Origin: an uncultured delta proteobacterium
GTDB lineage: Bacteria; Desulfobacterota; Desulfobacteria; Desulfobacterales; UBA2156
Assembly (NCBI GenBank): GCA_963736855.1
Contig: CAVTQK010000021.1
Coordinates: 32,001-96,000 of the forward strand
DNA length: 64,000 nucleotides
Direction of reading: 5' to 3'
The notes beneath the pieces were generated by a model, which was given only the letters and a program-made list of their open reading frames with translations, searched no databases and had not been told where the DNA came from. A program made the position numbers and the translations under genes. This document shows, in pieces, positions 30,201-39,504 of the stretch. Position 1 is the stretch's first letter. Every line of letters starts with the position of its first letter.

Positions 30201-31760
30201 ATGGGTTCTTGGATGAATCTGGGGCAGAATCTGAAGGTCAATGCCAAAAGATTTCCCGATACTATCGCCCTCAAGGACGCCGGACGGAGCCTGACCTATC
30301 CCATGCTCAACAGCCGGGTGAACCGACTGGCCCACAGTCTTCTGTCCATGGGGCTTATTAAAGGGGATAAGTTGGCTGTCTTGATGGAGAACAGTATTGA
30401 AATTGTGGAGATCTACCTGGCCTGTGCCAAGACCGGAATCATCATCGTTCCCATTAATTTTCGGTTGGTGAGCCAGGAAGTTGCTTATATCCTGGAGAAT
30501 TCGGACGCCAAAGCCCTCATTGTTCAAGACCAGTTCGTCCTTACCGTGGAGCCTCTTCGGGAAAGTCTTACTGCCATCCGCTCCGACCGTTACGTTGTGG
30601 TGGGTCAGGAAAAACCGGGATATCAGCCCTATGAACAATGGATCGCCGGGGCACCCGATGCGGAACCGGAGGCCGAAGTGGCCCCCGAAGACACCTGGAT
30701 CCTAATCTACACTTCAGGAACCACTGGAAGACCCAAAGGGGTCTTACGTTCCCATCGCTCCCACATCGCCTTTTATCTCATCAATGCCGTGGATTTCGGG
30801 TTTTCTCAGCATGATATCTGCCTCAACGTCATGCCCCTTTGCCATATCAACTCCACCTATTTCACCTTCACCTTTACTTATATCGGAGCGACGGTGTATA
30901 TCCATCCGGCCCAGTCATTCCGAGCGGAAGAAATCATGGAAATTACCGAGCGGGAGAAAATTACATTCATTTCTCTGATACCGACCCACTATAACCTCAT
31001 CCTGAACGTTTCAGAAGGGGCCAGGAAGCGGGATGTCGGCTCCATCAAAAAACTCCTGTGCTCCTCGGCGCCGGTGAGGAAAAGCATGAAACTGGCCATC
31101 ATGGAGTTTTTCCCGGGAGTTGAGTTGTATGAAGGGTACGGTTCCACCGAGGCGGGCATCGTCACGGTCCTCAAGCCCGAAGACCAGATGCGGAAACTCG
31201 GATCCATCGGATACGAATCTCTGGGGACCGACTTCGTTAAAATCCTGGGTAAGGATGGAAAAGAGGTGCCCGTGGGCGAGGTGGGGGAACTCTATTCCAA
31301 AGGCCCCATGCTTTTCAACGGGTATTACAAACTCCCGGAAAAGACCGCCGCGTCCTTTCGGGGAGAATGGTTTTCAGCCGGGGACATGGCCCGAAAGGAT
31401 TCCGACGGATATTACCAGATCGTCGACCGGAAGGACAACATGATCATCACCGGCGGCGAGCATGTCTATCCCAGCGAGGTGGAAGAAGTCGTAGGGAGCC
31501 ATGAGGGTGTTTTCGATTGCGCCTGCATCGGGCTTCCGGACGAAAAATGGGGAGAAAAGGTTGTCGCCGTGGTGGTGCCGAAGCCCGGGGTGAAGGCGGG
31601 TGACATCGACGAGAAGACGATTATGGATTGCTGCAAAGGTAAGATGGCGGGTTACAAGCGACCCAAAGAGGTGATCTTCATCAAACCGGAGGAAATGCCC
31701 AGGACACCGACGGGAAAGATTTTACATCGCAGGTTAAAGGAGCGATTGGCTAATCGGTGA
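30201..31760 (+). CDS. AMP-forming acyl-CoA synthetase
   Basis: YTSGTTGRPKG, YGSTE, DRKDNMIITGG, TPTGKI motifs. Confidence 0.93.
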   Translation: MGSWMNLGQNLKVNAKRFPDTIALKDAGRSLTYPMLNSRVNRLAHSLLSMGLIKGDKLAVLMENSIEIVEIYLACAKTGIIIVPINFRLVSQEVAYILENSDAKALIVQDQFVLTVEPLRESLTAIRSDRYVVVGQEKPGYQPYEQWIAGAPDAEPEAEVAPEDTWILIYTSGTTGRPKGVLRSHRSHIAFYLINAVDFGFSQHDICLNVMPLCHINSTYFTFTFTYIGATVYIHPAQSFRAEEIMEITEREKITFISLIPTHYNLILNVSEGARKRDVGSIKKLLCSSAPVRKSMKLAIMEFFPGVELYEGYGSTEAGIVTVLKPEDQMRKLGSIGYESLGTDFVKILGKDGKEVPVGEVGELYSKGPMLFNGYYKLPEKTAASFRGEWFSAGDMARKDSDGYYQIVDRKDNMIITGGEHVYPSEVEEVVGSHEGVFDCACIGLPDEKWGEKVVAVVVPKPGVKAGDIDEKTIMDCCKGKMAGYKRPKEVIFIKPEEMPRTPTGKILHRRLKERLANR

Positions 31761-31809
31761 TCGGGAAACCGACACCCATCGAATCTATTTGAAACGAGGA
31801 GGGAAGTTC

Positions 31810-33000
31810 ATGTTCAAAAAAGCATTTATTCCTTACCGGGGTTACTATTCTTCTCCCTTTATCCGTTGGCAGGGAAGTCTGGCCAACGAGAACGCCATAT
31901 CGTTCGGGGCGGAAACATCCAGGAGATGGCTGCAATCCAAAAACTGGGATCCCAAGATGTTCGATTATGTATTTTTGGGGCTGACGGTGGGACAACCCAA
32001 GATGTTCTACGGCGGGCCATGGGCATCTGCACTTCTCGGTGGAACGGAGGTTCCCGGCGTATTGGTCAGTCAAGCATGCTCCACCTCAACGACGTGTATT
32101 TTTCAGGCGGCCATGGGGATTGAGACCGGAGCCTTTGAAAATGCTTATACCCTGATGACCGATCGATGTTCCAACGGACCCCACACGGTCTGGCCGAATC
32201 CCAAGGGCCCCGGCGGACAGGTGGTTTCCGAGGACTGGGTCATGGACCATTTCGGATTCGACCCATGGGGCGGAACATCCATGATCCAGACCGCTGAAAT
32301 TGTGGTCAGGGAAACCGGAATCACCCGGGAACAATGCGATGCGGTTGCTTTGAGACGATACGAGCAATACAAAGACGCCCTGGCCAATGATCGGGCTTTT
32401 CAGAAACGGTACATGTTTCCGGTGGAAGTCAAGGGCTCCAAGAAAAAAACCATCATGCTGGAGGCGGACGAAGGGGTAATAGAATCCACGGCAGAGGGAT
32501 TGGCCGCCCTGAAGCCTGTTCTTCCCGGGGGTGCCCACACTTTCGGGGCCCAGACCCACCCGGCCGACGGCCACTGCGCCGTCATCGTCACCGGTTACGA
32601 GAAGGCGCAGGTTCTCAGTGCGGATAAATCCATCAAGATCCAGATCCTTTCCTACGGATATACACGAGTCAAAAAGGCTCATATGGCCATGGCACCGGTG
32701 CCGGCTGCTCAAATGGCTCTCAAAAATGCCGGGCTTTCCATCCGCGATATCAAGGTCATCAAGACTCACAACCCCTTTGCCGCCAACGACATCTATTTTG
32801 CAGATCAAATGAAGATCGACGTTAACGGATTCAACAACTACGGCAGCTCGATCGTTTACGGTCACCCCCAGGCGCCCACGGCAGGAAGGCTGATCATCGA
32901 AGGGATCGAGGAAGCGGTCCTGCTGGGTGGCGGTTATGTTCTATTTACCGGGTGCGCGGCGGGCGATACGGGCGCCGCCTTGGTATTGAAGGTGAATTGA
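31810..33000 (+). CDS. Thiolase family protein (atypical motifs)
   Basis: QACSTS, ADG, HNPF, GHP, CAAG motifs. Confidence 0.88.
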   Translation: MFKKAFIPYRGYYSSPFIRWQGSLANENAISFGAETSRRWLQSKNWDPKMFDYVFLGLTVGQPKMFYGGPWASALLGGTEVPGVLVSQACSTSTTCIFQAAMGIETGAFENAYTLMTDRCSNGPHTVWPNPKGPGGQVVSEDWVMDHFGFDPWGGTSMIQTAEIVVRETGITREQCDAVALRRYEQYKDALANDRAFQKRYMFPVEVKGSKKKTIMLEADEGVIESTAEGLAALKPVLPGGAHTFGAQTHPADGHCAVIVTGYEKAQVLSADKSIKIQILSYGYTRVKKAHMAMAPVPAAQMALKNAGLSIRDIKVIKTHNPFAANDIYFADQMKIDVNGFNNYGSSIVYGHPQAPTAGRLIIEGIEEAVLLGGGYVLFTGCAAGDTGAALVLKVN

Positions 33001-33026
33001 ACCCCTCAACGAGAAAGGAAAAGAAA

Positions 33027-34307
33027 ATGAAAGCTTTGAAAACGGGATTCCTGTTGAGTATGCTGGCATTGCTGGTTGGCGGATTGCCGGCGGGTTTTGC
33101 CCAAGCCGCCGAGCCGGTGGTTATCGGAGTGCCGACATCCCTTGGTTTTGTGGAAGGGACCGAATCTCACAAGGCCGTGGAGCTGGCGGTCAAGGAGATC
33201 AACGCCAAAGGCGGCATAACCGTGGGAAAAGAAAAACGCCTGTTTAAGGTGGAAGCTTTGGATATCCGCGATGCGGCCCCCGGCGTTCCGGTTCCCGAAG
33301 CGTTGCTCGGCATCGAAAAGATGATCCTCGAAAAAAAACCGACGGCCATCGTGGTGGGGCCTTTCCGATCCGAGGCCCTGATCGCGGGCATGGATATCCT
33401 GGCCAAATACAAAGTCCCCATGCTGGGAACCATCGCTATGACTCCGGGATCCGAGAAGAAGGTCAAAGAGGAACCTGATAAGTACAAGTATATTTTCCGA
33501 ACCTGCCTGAATGCCGGACATCTGGTCAAATATCTGGCCGGCACTATGGGGCTCATCCATGAGCAGTTCGGGTTCACCAAGGTATACGTAATGATTCAGG
33601 ATGTAGCCTGGGCACGAGCGACGGCCGACTTCGTCAAGAAGATGTATTTCGAAAAGGCCGGATGGGAGGTGCTGGAAGAAGAGGCTTATCCCACCGGGAC
33701 CTCGGATTTTTCGTCAGGTCTCATGAAAGCCAGGACAAAAGGAGCCCAGGTGATCATGCCGATCTTCGACATGCCCCAAAGCGGGGTTCTTGTGAAGCAA
33801 TGGAAATCCATGCAGGTACCGGCGCTGATGGCCGGGTTCATCTCTCCCCTGGCAGGGTCTGAAGCGTGGAAAACCTTCGAAGGTAAAATCGGTGGCGCCA
33901 TCAATGCTATCTTTGAAATGGGAAGTGCCATCGCATCGGAGAAGATTCCCCAGTCCAAGGCATTTTACGAAAAATATGAAAAGGCTTATGGCAAGGCCCT
34001 TCAGGCCGGTCACGGCCCGGCGCCTTCCTACGAGTCTGTCTATATTCTGGCAGAGGCCATCGAACGGGCTGGAAGCATCGATCCGGACGCCGTCGTGGCT
34101 GAGCTTAAAAAAACCGATCGCAACGGCGTGATGGGACGTATTAAATATGATGAGGGACATCAGGTCGTATACGGGTTCGATCCCAAGGAAACTGCGGTTG
34201 CCGCTGTGTTCCAATGGACGGAAGACGGAAAACGCCAGATTGTGTTTCCGGAATCCGTAGCTGATGCCAAGATCATGCTGCCGAAAGGACTCAAATCGCT
34301 GAAGTAA
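33027..34307 (+). CDS. Liv-type ABC transporter substrate-binding protein
   Basis: Signal peptide ending AQA; AVKEINAKGG, YPTGTSDFSS, AEAIERAGS. Confidence 0.92.
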   Translation: MKALKTGFLLSMLALLVGGLPAGFAQAAEPVVIGVPTSLGFVEGTESHKAVELAVKEINAKGGITVGKEKRLFKVEALDIRDAAPGVPVPEALLGIEKMILEKKPTAIVVGPFRSEALIAGMDILAKYKVPMLGTIAMTPGSEKKVKEEPDKYKYIFRTCLNAGHLVKYLAGTMGLIHEQFGFTKVYVMIQDVAWARATADFVKKMYFEKAGWEVLEEEAYPTGTSDFSSGLMKARTKGAQVIMPIFDMPQSGVLVKQWKSMQVPALMAGFISPLAGSEAWKTFEGKIGGAINAIFEMGSAIASEKIPQSKAFYEKYEKAYGKALQAGHGPAPSYESVYILAEAIERAGSIDPDAVVAELKKTDRNGVMGRIKYDEGHQVVYGFDPKETAVAAVFQWTEDGKRQIVFPESVADAKIMLPKGLKSLK

Positions 34308-34315
34308 GATCTTAA

Positions 34316-34343
34316 GGGGGCAAAGGTCACTTTCTTTGCCCCC
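34316..34343 (+). other. Intra-operon stem-loop after the binding-protein gene
   Basis: GGGGGCAAAG-8 nt-CTTTGCCCCC. Confidence 0.65.
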
Positions 34344-34469
34344 GATTTATCTGTTATAGTTAATCCATGTTCAGGGTTTGCCCCCTTAATAAGCCCTGCG
34401 GTAACAAGTCATTCAAGTCTGCAGATCCCGACGGTCATGGATCCGCGGCGCGTCGGGAGCGTGGACCTT

Positions 34470-35342
34470 ATGTTTTTAGGTACCATCATTTACGCCTTGA
34501 TCAACAGCGTGGTCCTGGCGCTGATGGCCGTCGGTTTCAACCTGACCTTCGGCATCAGCGGCGTAGCCAATTTCGCGTATGGGGCCATGTATATTCTGGC
34601 GGCATACACCTGCTGGATACTCGTCAACCTCGTGCACCTTCCGTATATCGTCTCCATTATCGGCTCCATTTTATTGACCATGCTCCTGGGCGCTTTCATG
34701 TATCGATTCGTCCTGCTGAGGGTTCGCGGCCAGGTGCTTTCGGAGGTCATCGCCACTTTCGGCATCGGGCTGGCCACCCTGGAGCTTTTCAATCATCTCG
34801 GTTTTATCGGTTTTGAGTATTCCCTTCCGGTCTTTATCGATCGGAGTTTCATGGTTGCCGGCACCTTTGTGGACATGCAAAGGATCCTCATCGTGTGTGC
34901 CGGGATCCTGTTGGTGGGTGGGCTGTGGATATTCACCCACTATACCGCGCTGGGGCTTGCCTTCAGGGGTATCGCTCAGGATGAGCGCACCGCACTCACC
35001 CTGGGGATCGATTCGGATCGGATCGGCATGCTCAGTGTGGCCTTCGGGTGCGGCCTTGCAGCTGTCGCCGCGGTGATCATCATCCCGTTGGGAAGTATTT
35101 CTCCGGGAGAAGGGTACGAAGTGCTGATCAAGGCGCTGGCCGTCTGTATCATCGGCGGGCTGGGGAGCACCGGGGGAGTCATTGTTGCCAGTTTTATCGT
35201 CGGGTTTGCCGAGCGCTTCACCGACACCTATATCGGATCCCACTGGACTATGATCGTCAGCCTGGCGGCTATTCTGGTCGTGCTGGTCGTCAAACCCTCC
35301 GGGCTTTTCGGGAAACAAAAAGAGCTGGAAGAAAGGATATAG
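34470..35342 (+). CDS. Liv-type ABC permease (LivH-like)
   Basis: GFNLTFGISGVANFAYG, GLAFRGIAQD, IIGGLGS motifs. Confidence 0.92.
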   Translation: MFLGTIIYALINSVVLALMAVGFNLTFGISGVANFAYGAMYILAAYTCWILVNLVHLPYIVSIIGSILLTMLLGAFMYRFVLLRVRGQVLSEVIATFGIGLATLELFNHLGFIGFEYSLPVFIDRSFMVAGTFVDMQRILIVCAGILLVGGLWIFTHYTALGLAFRGIAQDERTALTLGIDSDRIGMLSVAFGCGLAAVAAVIIIPLGSISPGEGYEVLIKALAVCIIGGLGSTGGVIVASFIVGFAERFTDTYIGSHWTMIVSLAAILVVLVVKPSGLFGKQKELEERI

Positions 35343-35346
35343 GTCC

Positions 35347-36348
35347 TTGGAAAAACGAAAAGAGCGCGTGGAGCGGGGAATCAAAGTCCGATCGAATGAT
35401 GTTTTCGCGCTGACTTCCTGGCGTGAAATGCTCTACCTTTCCGCCCCGCGGCTTCTTCCGGTTTTGGGGTTTTTGATTCTACCGGCCTTTCTCAATGCCT
35501 ATTGGCAGAAAGTCTTCTTGTCGGTCGCGATTTTTGCCCTATTGGCCATCAGCTGGGATATCCTGGCCCAGAGCGGGATGATCTCCCTGGGCCAGGCTCT
35601 TTTTTTCGGCACCGGTGCATACTGTTCCGGCATCATGAACCATTACTTCGGATGGCACCCTTTGATCGCTCTTCCGCTGGCTACGATATCCGGAGGCCTG
35701 ATCTGCACGGTGACCCTTCTGCCGGTATTGAGGCTTCGAGGGGTCTATTTTTCCATGGTCACCCTCATTATCCCCCTGATGCTGGTTCGCATCGTGGAGG
35801 CTACCAAGGTCTTCGGCGGCACCGAGGGTCTCAGCGGCATCGATCCCTTTTCCTCCCTTTGGATTGAGATTTATCTGGTGGCTGTTGCCCTTTTAGGAGT
35901 GCTTTTCGGGTTTCGACGGATGATGGATTCCGATTACGGGCTGGTTCTCAAGGGAATCGCCGACAACGACCGTTCCGTTATGAACGCCGGGATCAATATC
36001 TACTGGTTCAAGGCCCAGGCCCTTTTCATCTCCAGCAGTATCGGCGCTTTTGCAGGGGCCTTCATGACCCACGTGTACATGTTCGTCGGAATGCCTGTGT
36101 TTGCGCTCGACTATTCGATTTTACCCATCGCCGCCGCAGTGGTCGGAGGACCCGGGACCCTGGCAGGGGCAACCCTGGGGGCCTGTATCCTCGTTCCGTT
36201 GTCGGAGATCCTCAGGGGAATCGGAGGATTGCGGATCGTTTTATACGGGATGTTTTTGGTCGTATTTATCGTCGGACTTCCGGAAGGGCTTTTTCATTAT
36301 ATCCAGCGCAAATACAACCAGTTTGAACGATGGGTCGAGGTGGAGTAA
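35347..36348 (+). CDS. Liv-type ABC permease (LivM-like)
   Basis: SLGQALFFGTGAY, LRLRGVYF, VVGGPGT motifs. Confidence 0.92.
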   Translation: MEKRKERVERGIKVRSNDVFALTSWREMLYLSAPRLLPVLGFLILPAFLNAYWQKVFLSVAIFALLAISWDILAQSGMISLGQALFFGTGAYCSGIMNHYFGWHPLIALPLATISGGLICTVTLLPVLRLRGVYFSMVTLIIPLMLVRIVEATKVFGGTEGLSGIDPFSSLWIEIYLVAVALLGVLFGFRRMMDSDYGLVLKGIADNDRSVMNAGINIYWFKAQALFISSSIGAFAGAFMTHVYMFVGMPVFALDYSILPIAAAVVGGPGTLAGATLGACILVPLSEILRGIGGLRIVLYGMFLVVFIVGLPEGLFHYIQRKYNQFERWVEVE

Positions 36349-37097
36349 TGAACTCCGGGCCGATTCTTGAGGTCTCCGGTCTTTATAAGAATTTCGGCGG
36401 GGTTCAGGCCGTCAACGACCTGAGTTTTTCGCTTGGTCAGGGGGAACTCCTCGGCCTCATCGGTCCCAACGGGTCCGGAAAGACGACGGCCGTGAATCTC
36501 ATCACCGGTTTCGTGAAACCCACCGAAGGGGAAATCGTATTTGAGGGCAATGACGTCACCGGCATGCCTCCTTACAAAATCGTTCGCCTGGGTATCAGCA
36601 GGACCTTTCAAATGGTCAAGCCCTTCTATCATCTTCCGGCATTCAAAAACATGATCATCCCCCTGTATTCCCCCAGGGTCAAGAAAATGCGGGGAGGCAA
36701 GTACGGAGATAGAGACGCCGTGGCCTTGGACCTACTGGAAGAGGTCGGCTTCGAGAGGGATTCCATGGTGGCTTACAAGAGCGCCGGTGCGCTCCCCCAG
36801 GGCTATCTGAAGCGCCTGGAACTGGCAAAGGCCATCGCACTGAATCCGAACCTGATCATCCTGGATGAGCTCTTTTCAGGCCTGAGCCTGGCGGAAGTGG
36901 CGGGTATCGTCCCGATTATTGAAAAGCTGCGTATTCAAGGAAAAACCATCATCATGATCGAACACCGGCTCAAAGAGCTCTTCCGTATTGCGGATCGGAT
37001 CCTCGTTCTCAATTATGGACAGAAGATCGCCGAGGGGAAGTCCGCCGATGTCATGGAAAGCGCGGAAGTCAAGAGGGCATATCTGGGAACGGAATGA
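36348..37097 (+). CDS. Liv-type ABC ATPase (LivG-like)
   Basis: GPNGSGKT, RTFQ, IILDE, IEH motifs. Confidence 0.93.
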   Translation: MNSGPILEVSGLYKNFGGVQAVNDLSFSLGQGELLGLIGPNGSGKTTAVNLITGFVKPTEGEIVFEGNDVTGMPPYKIVRLGISRTFQMVKPFYHLPAFKNMIIPLYSPRVKKMRGGKYGDRDAVALDLLEEVGFERDSMVAYKSAGALPQGYLKRLELAKAIALNPNLIILDELFSGLSLAEVAGIVPIIEKLRIQGKTIIMIEHRLKELFRIADRILVLNYGQKIAEGKSADVMESAEVKRAYLGTE

Positions 37098-37101
37098 CGC
37101 C

Positions 37102-37851
37102 ATGTTGCTGGAAGTGAAAAACCTGATGGTCTTTTTCGAAAACGCGCTGGCAATCAACGATCTCAGCATGTACGTGCAGGAAGGGGAGCGGGTCGGGATC
37201 ATCGGATCCAACAGCGCCGGAAAGACCACATTGATGAACTCCCTGTCCGGATTGATCATTCATATGCGCATCAAGGAGAAGCGACGGGGAGGGGAGCGCA
37301 TAACGCTTTACGGTAAGATCCTGTTTGACGGGGAAGACATCACCGAGACCTCACCCAGCGATCGGGTGAAAAAAGGGATTGTTCTTTCCCGGGAACGGCA
37401 CCCGATTTTCCCGGAAAGCAGCGTGCTGGAAAATCTGAAGATTGCCGGCTATCTGCGATCCCGGGCCCAGGTCGCCCAGGGGGTGGAACAGGCCTTTGCC
37501 CTGTTTCCGCCCTTATCGGACCTTCGGAGACGAAAGGCAGGCTTCCTGAGCGGCGGCGAGCAGCAGATGCTGGCCATCGGGATGGCCCTGGTGGTGGGAC
37601 CAAGGCTCTTGCTCCTGGATGAGCCGCTTTTGGGATTGAGCCCCCTGATGCAGCGGACCCTGATGGATGCCGTGGTGAAATTGAAAGAGGAGACCGGCAT
37701 TACCATACTGCTCAGCGAACAGTTTGCCCGGCCCGTCTTGCCGGTGATCGATCGGGGATACGTGGTGGAAAACGGCATGCTGGCCCTTCAGGGGACCGGC
37801 CGGGAGCTCATGGATAACCCGGAGATCAAATCCGCCTATTTCGGCATATAG
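37102..37851 (+). CDS. Liv-type ABC ATPase (LivF-like)
   Basis: GSNSAGKT, LSGGEQQMLA, LLLDEP motifs. Confidence 0.93.
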   Translation: MLLEVKNLMVFFENALAINDLSMYVQEGERVGIIGSNSAGKTTLMNSLSGLIIHMRIKEKRRGGERITLYGKILFDGEDITETSPSDRVKKGIVLSRERHPIFPESSVLENLKIAGYLRSRAQVAQGVEQAFALFPPLSDLRRRKAGFLSGGEQQMLAIGMALVVGPRLLLLDEPLLGLSPLMQRTLMDAVVKLKEETGITILLSEQFARPVLPVIDRGYVVENGMLALQGTGRELMDNPEIKSAYFGI

Positions 37852-37860
37852 GAAGCCCAC

Positions 37861-39504
37861 ATGGTGGATCTAAATGAACAGAGCATTTTTTCGGTTTTTA
37901 AAGAATGTGCCGAAAAACGGCCTGGCAAGACCGCTGTTTTTTATTTAGGAACCCGCTTTTCCTACGGCCGTGTCATGGACCTTGCCTCAAGGTTTGCTTA
38001 CGCACTTTCCGACCTAAAGATCGGCCCGGGTTGCAAGGTGATGCTTTATCTTCCCAACAGCATCCAATGGGTGGTGGCCTGGTTGGGTCTTCAACGCATC
38101 GGCGCCGTTCCGGTTCCCGTCACCCCTATTTATACACCCCACGATCTCACATACATCGCCAACGACAGCGGTGCCGAGTGCATTGTTTGTATGGATACCA
38201 ATTTCGGCTATGTATCCAAGGTCCTCCCGGAAACTGGTATTCAAACGGTCATCGTTTCCAACATGGTGGACCTGCTTCCGGCATGGAAACGCGCCTTCGG
38301 CTTTCTTTTTGATGTGGTTTCAAGAGGGAATGTCGGTTGGGGGGAACGGGTGCATCCTTTACGGCGACTTCTGTCTCGACATAGCCGGTCTTCCGACAGG
38401 CTGCCGGCACCTAAAAACGGCGGCGCCCTTACGGCGGAGATCCTGTATACCGGCGGGACCACAAAATTCCCCAAGGGGGTTCCCATATCCCACGCCTTTT
38501 TCTTGATATCCGCTCATGAGCAGATTCACATCCCTGATCCGCTTTTTCCTCCGGAAGACAACGTGGTCATGGGGAACGCTCCACTGTTTCATATCCTGGG
38601 ACAGACCTGCAGTTTATCCACCCTTTTGACCGGGGGTTCCCTGATCATTCAGCCCAGAGTGAATCTGGATGCGGCCTTCGATGCCATTCAAAGGTTCAAG
38701 GCCAAAAGCATGATCGGCGTCCCCATGCTCTACCGAATGATCCTGGAGCATGCCCGCCTGGATCAATACGATTTGAGTTCCATCGACTACTACTTCAGCG
38801 GCGGAGATGTCCTGCCCGTGGAGATCGGAAAACGCTGGAAAGAACGATTCAACCGCACGATACATCAGGGCTACGGCGCCACGGAGACCTGCGGCGGGGT
38901 GGCCATGTGCCCGGTCGACCGTGAGCATCCGGCCAAAAGCGCGGGACTTGTGGTGCCCAGTAAAACGACCTGCATCATGGATCCGTCAACCCTGGAGCCG
39001 GTTGGCCCTGGGGAGCCCGGAGAATTGTGGGTCTCTTCCCCTGAAATGGTTACGGCATATCTGAACAAACCGGAAGAAACCGCAGAGGCGTTCATCGAAA
39101 AAGACGGACGGACGTGGTACCGGACCACCGATATCATGTCGATGGATGAAAACGGGTACCTTTACTTTGTGGATCGGACCGTGGACACCATCAAACACAA
39201 GGGATACCGGGTTTCCGCCTCCGAGATCGAGACGGTGCTGCAGGAGCATCCTGCGGTGGTTGCTTCATGCGTGGTGGGGATTCCGGACGAAAAAGTCGGA
39301 GAACGGATCAAGGCTTACGTGGTGCTCAAGGAAGACGTCAAGGGGATCACCGGTCAGGATCTCATCAAGTGGTGCAGAAAGAGCCTGGTTTCCTATAAAG
39401 TGCCGCACTACATCGAATTCAGGGATATGCTCCCGAAATCAAAGGTCGGAAAATTGCTGCGGAGAGAAATCCGCAGCGAAGAAAAGAGGAGGAGCGCGAT
39501 CTGA
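37861..39504 (+). CDS. AMP-forming (long-chain-type) acyl-CoA ligase
   Basis: YTGGTTKFPKG, GYGATE, SKVGKLLRR motifs. Confidence 0.92.
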   Translation: MVDLNEQSIFSVFKECAEKRPGKTAVFYLGTRFSYGRVMDLASRFAYALSDLKIGPGCKVMLYLPNSIQWVVAWLGLQRIGAVPVPVTPIYTPHDLTYIANDSGAECIVCMDTNFGYVSKVLPETGIQTVIVSNMVDLLPAWKRAFGFLFDVVSRGNVGWGERVHPLRRLLSRHSRSSDRLPAPKNGGALTAEILYTGGTTKFPKGVPISHAFFLISAHEQIHIPDPLFPPEDNVVMGNAPLFHILGQTCSLSTLLTGGSLIIQPRVNLDAAFDAIQRFKAKSMIGVPMLYRMILEHARLDQYDLSSIDYYFSGGDVLPVEIGKRWKERFNRTIHQGYGATETCGGVAMCPVDREHPAKSAGLVVPSKTTCIMDPSTLEPVGPGEPGELWVSSPEMVTAYLNKPEETAEAFIEKDGRTWYRTTDIMSMDENGYLYFVDRTVDTIKHKGYRVSASEIETVLQEHPAVVASCVVGIPDEKVGERIKAYVVLKEDVKGITGQDLIKWCRKSLVSYKVPHYIEFRDMLPKSKVGKLLRREIRSEEKRRSAI

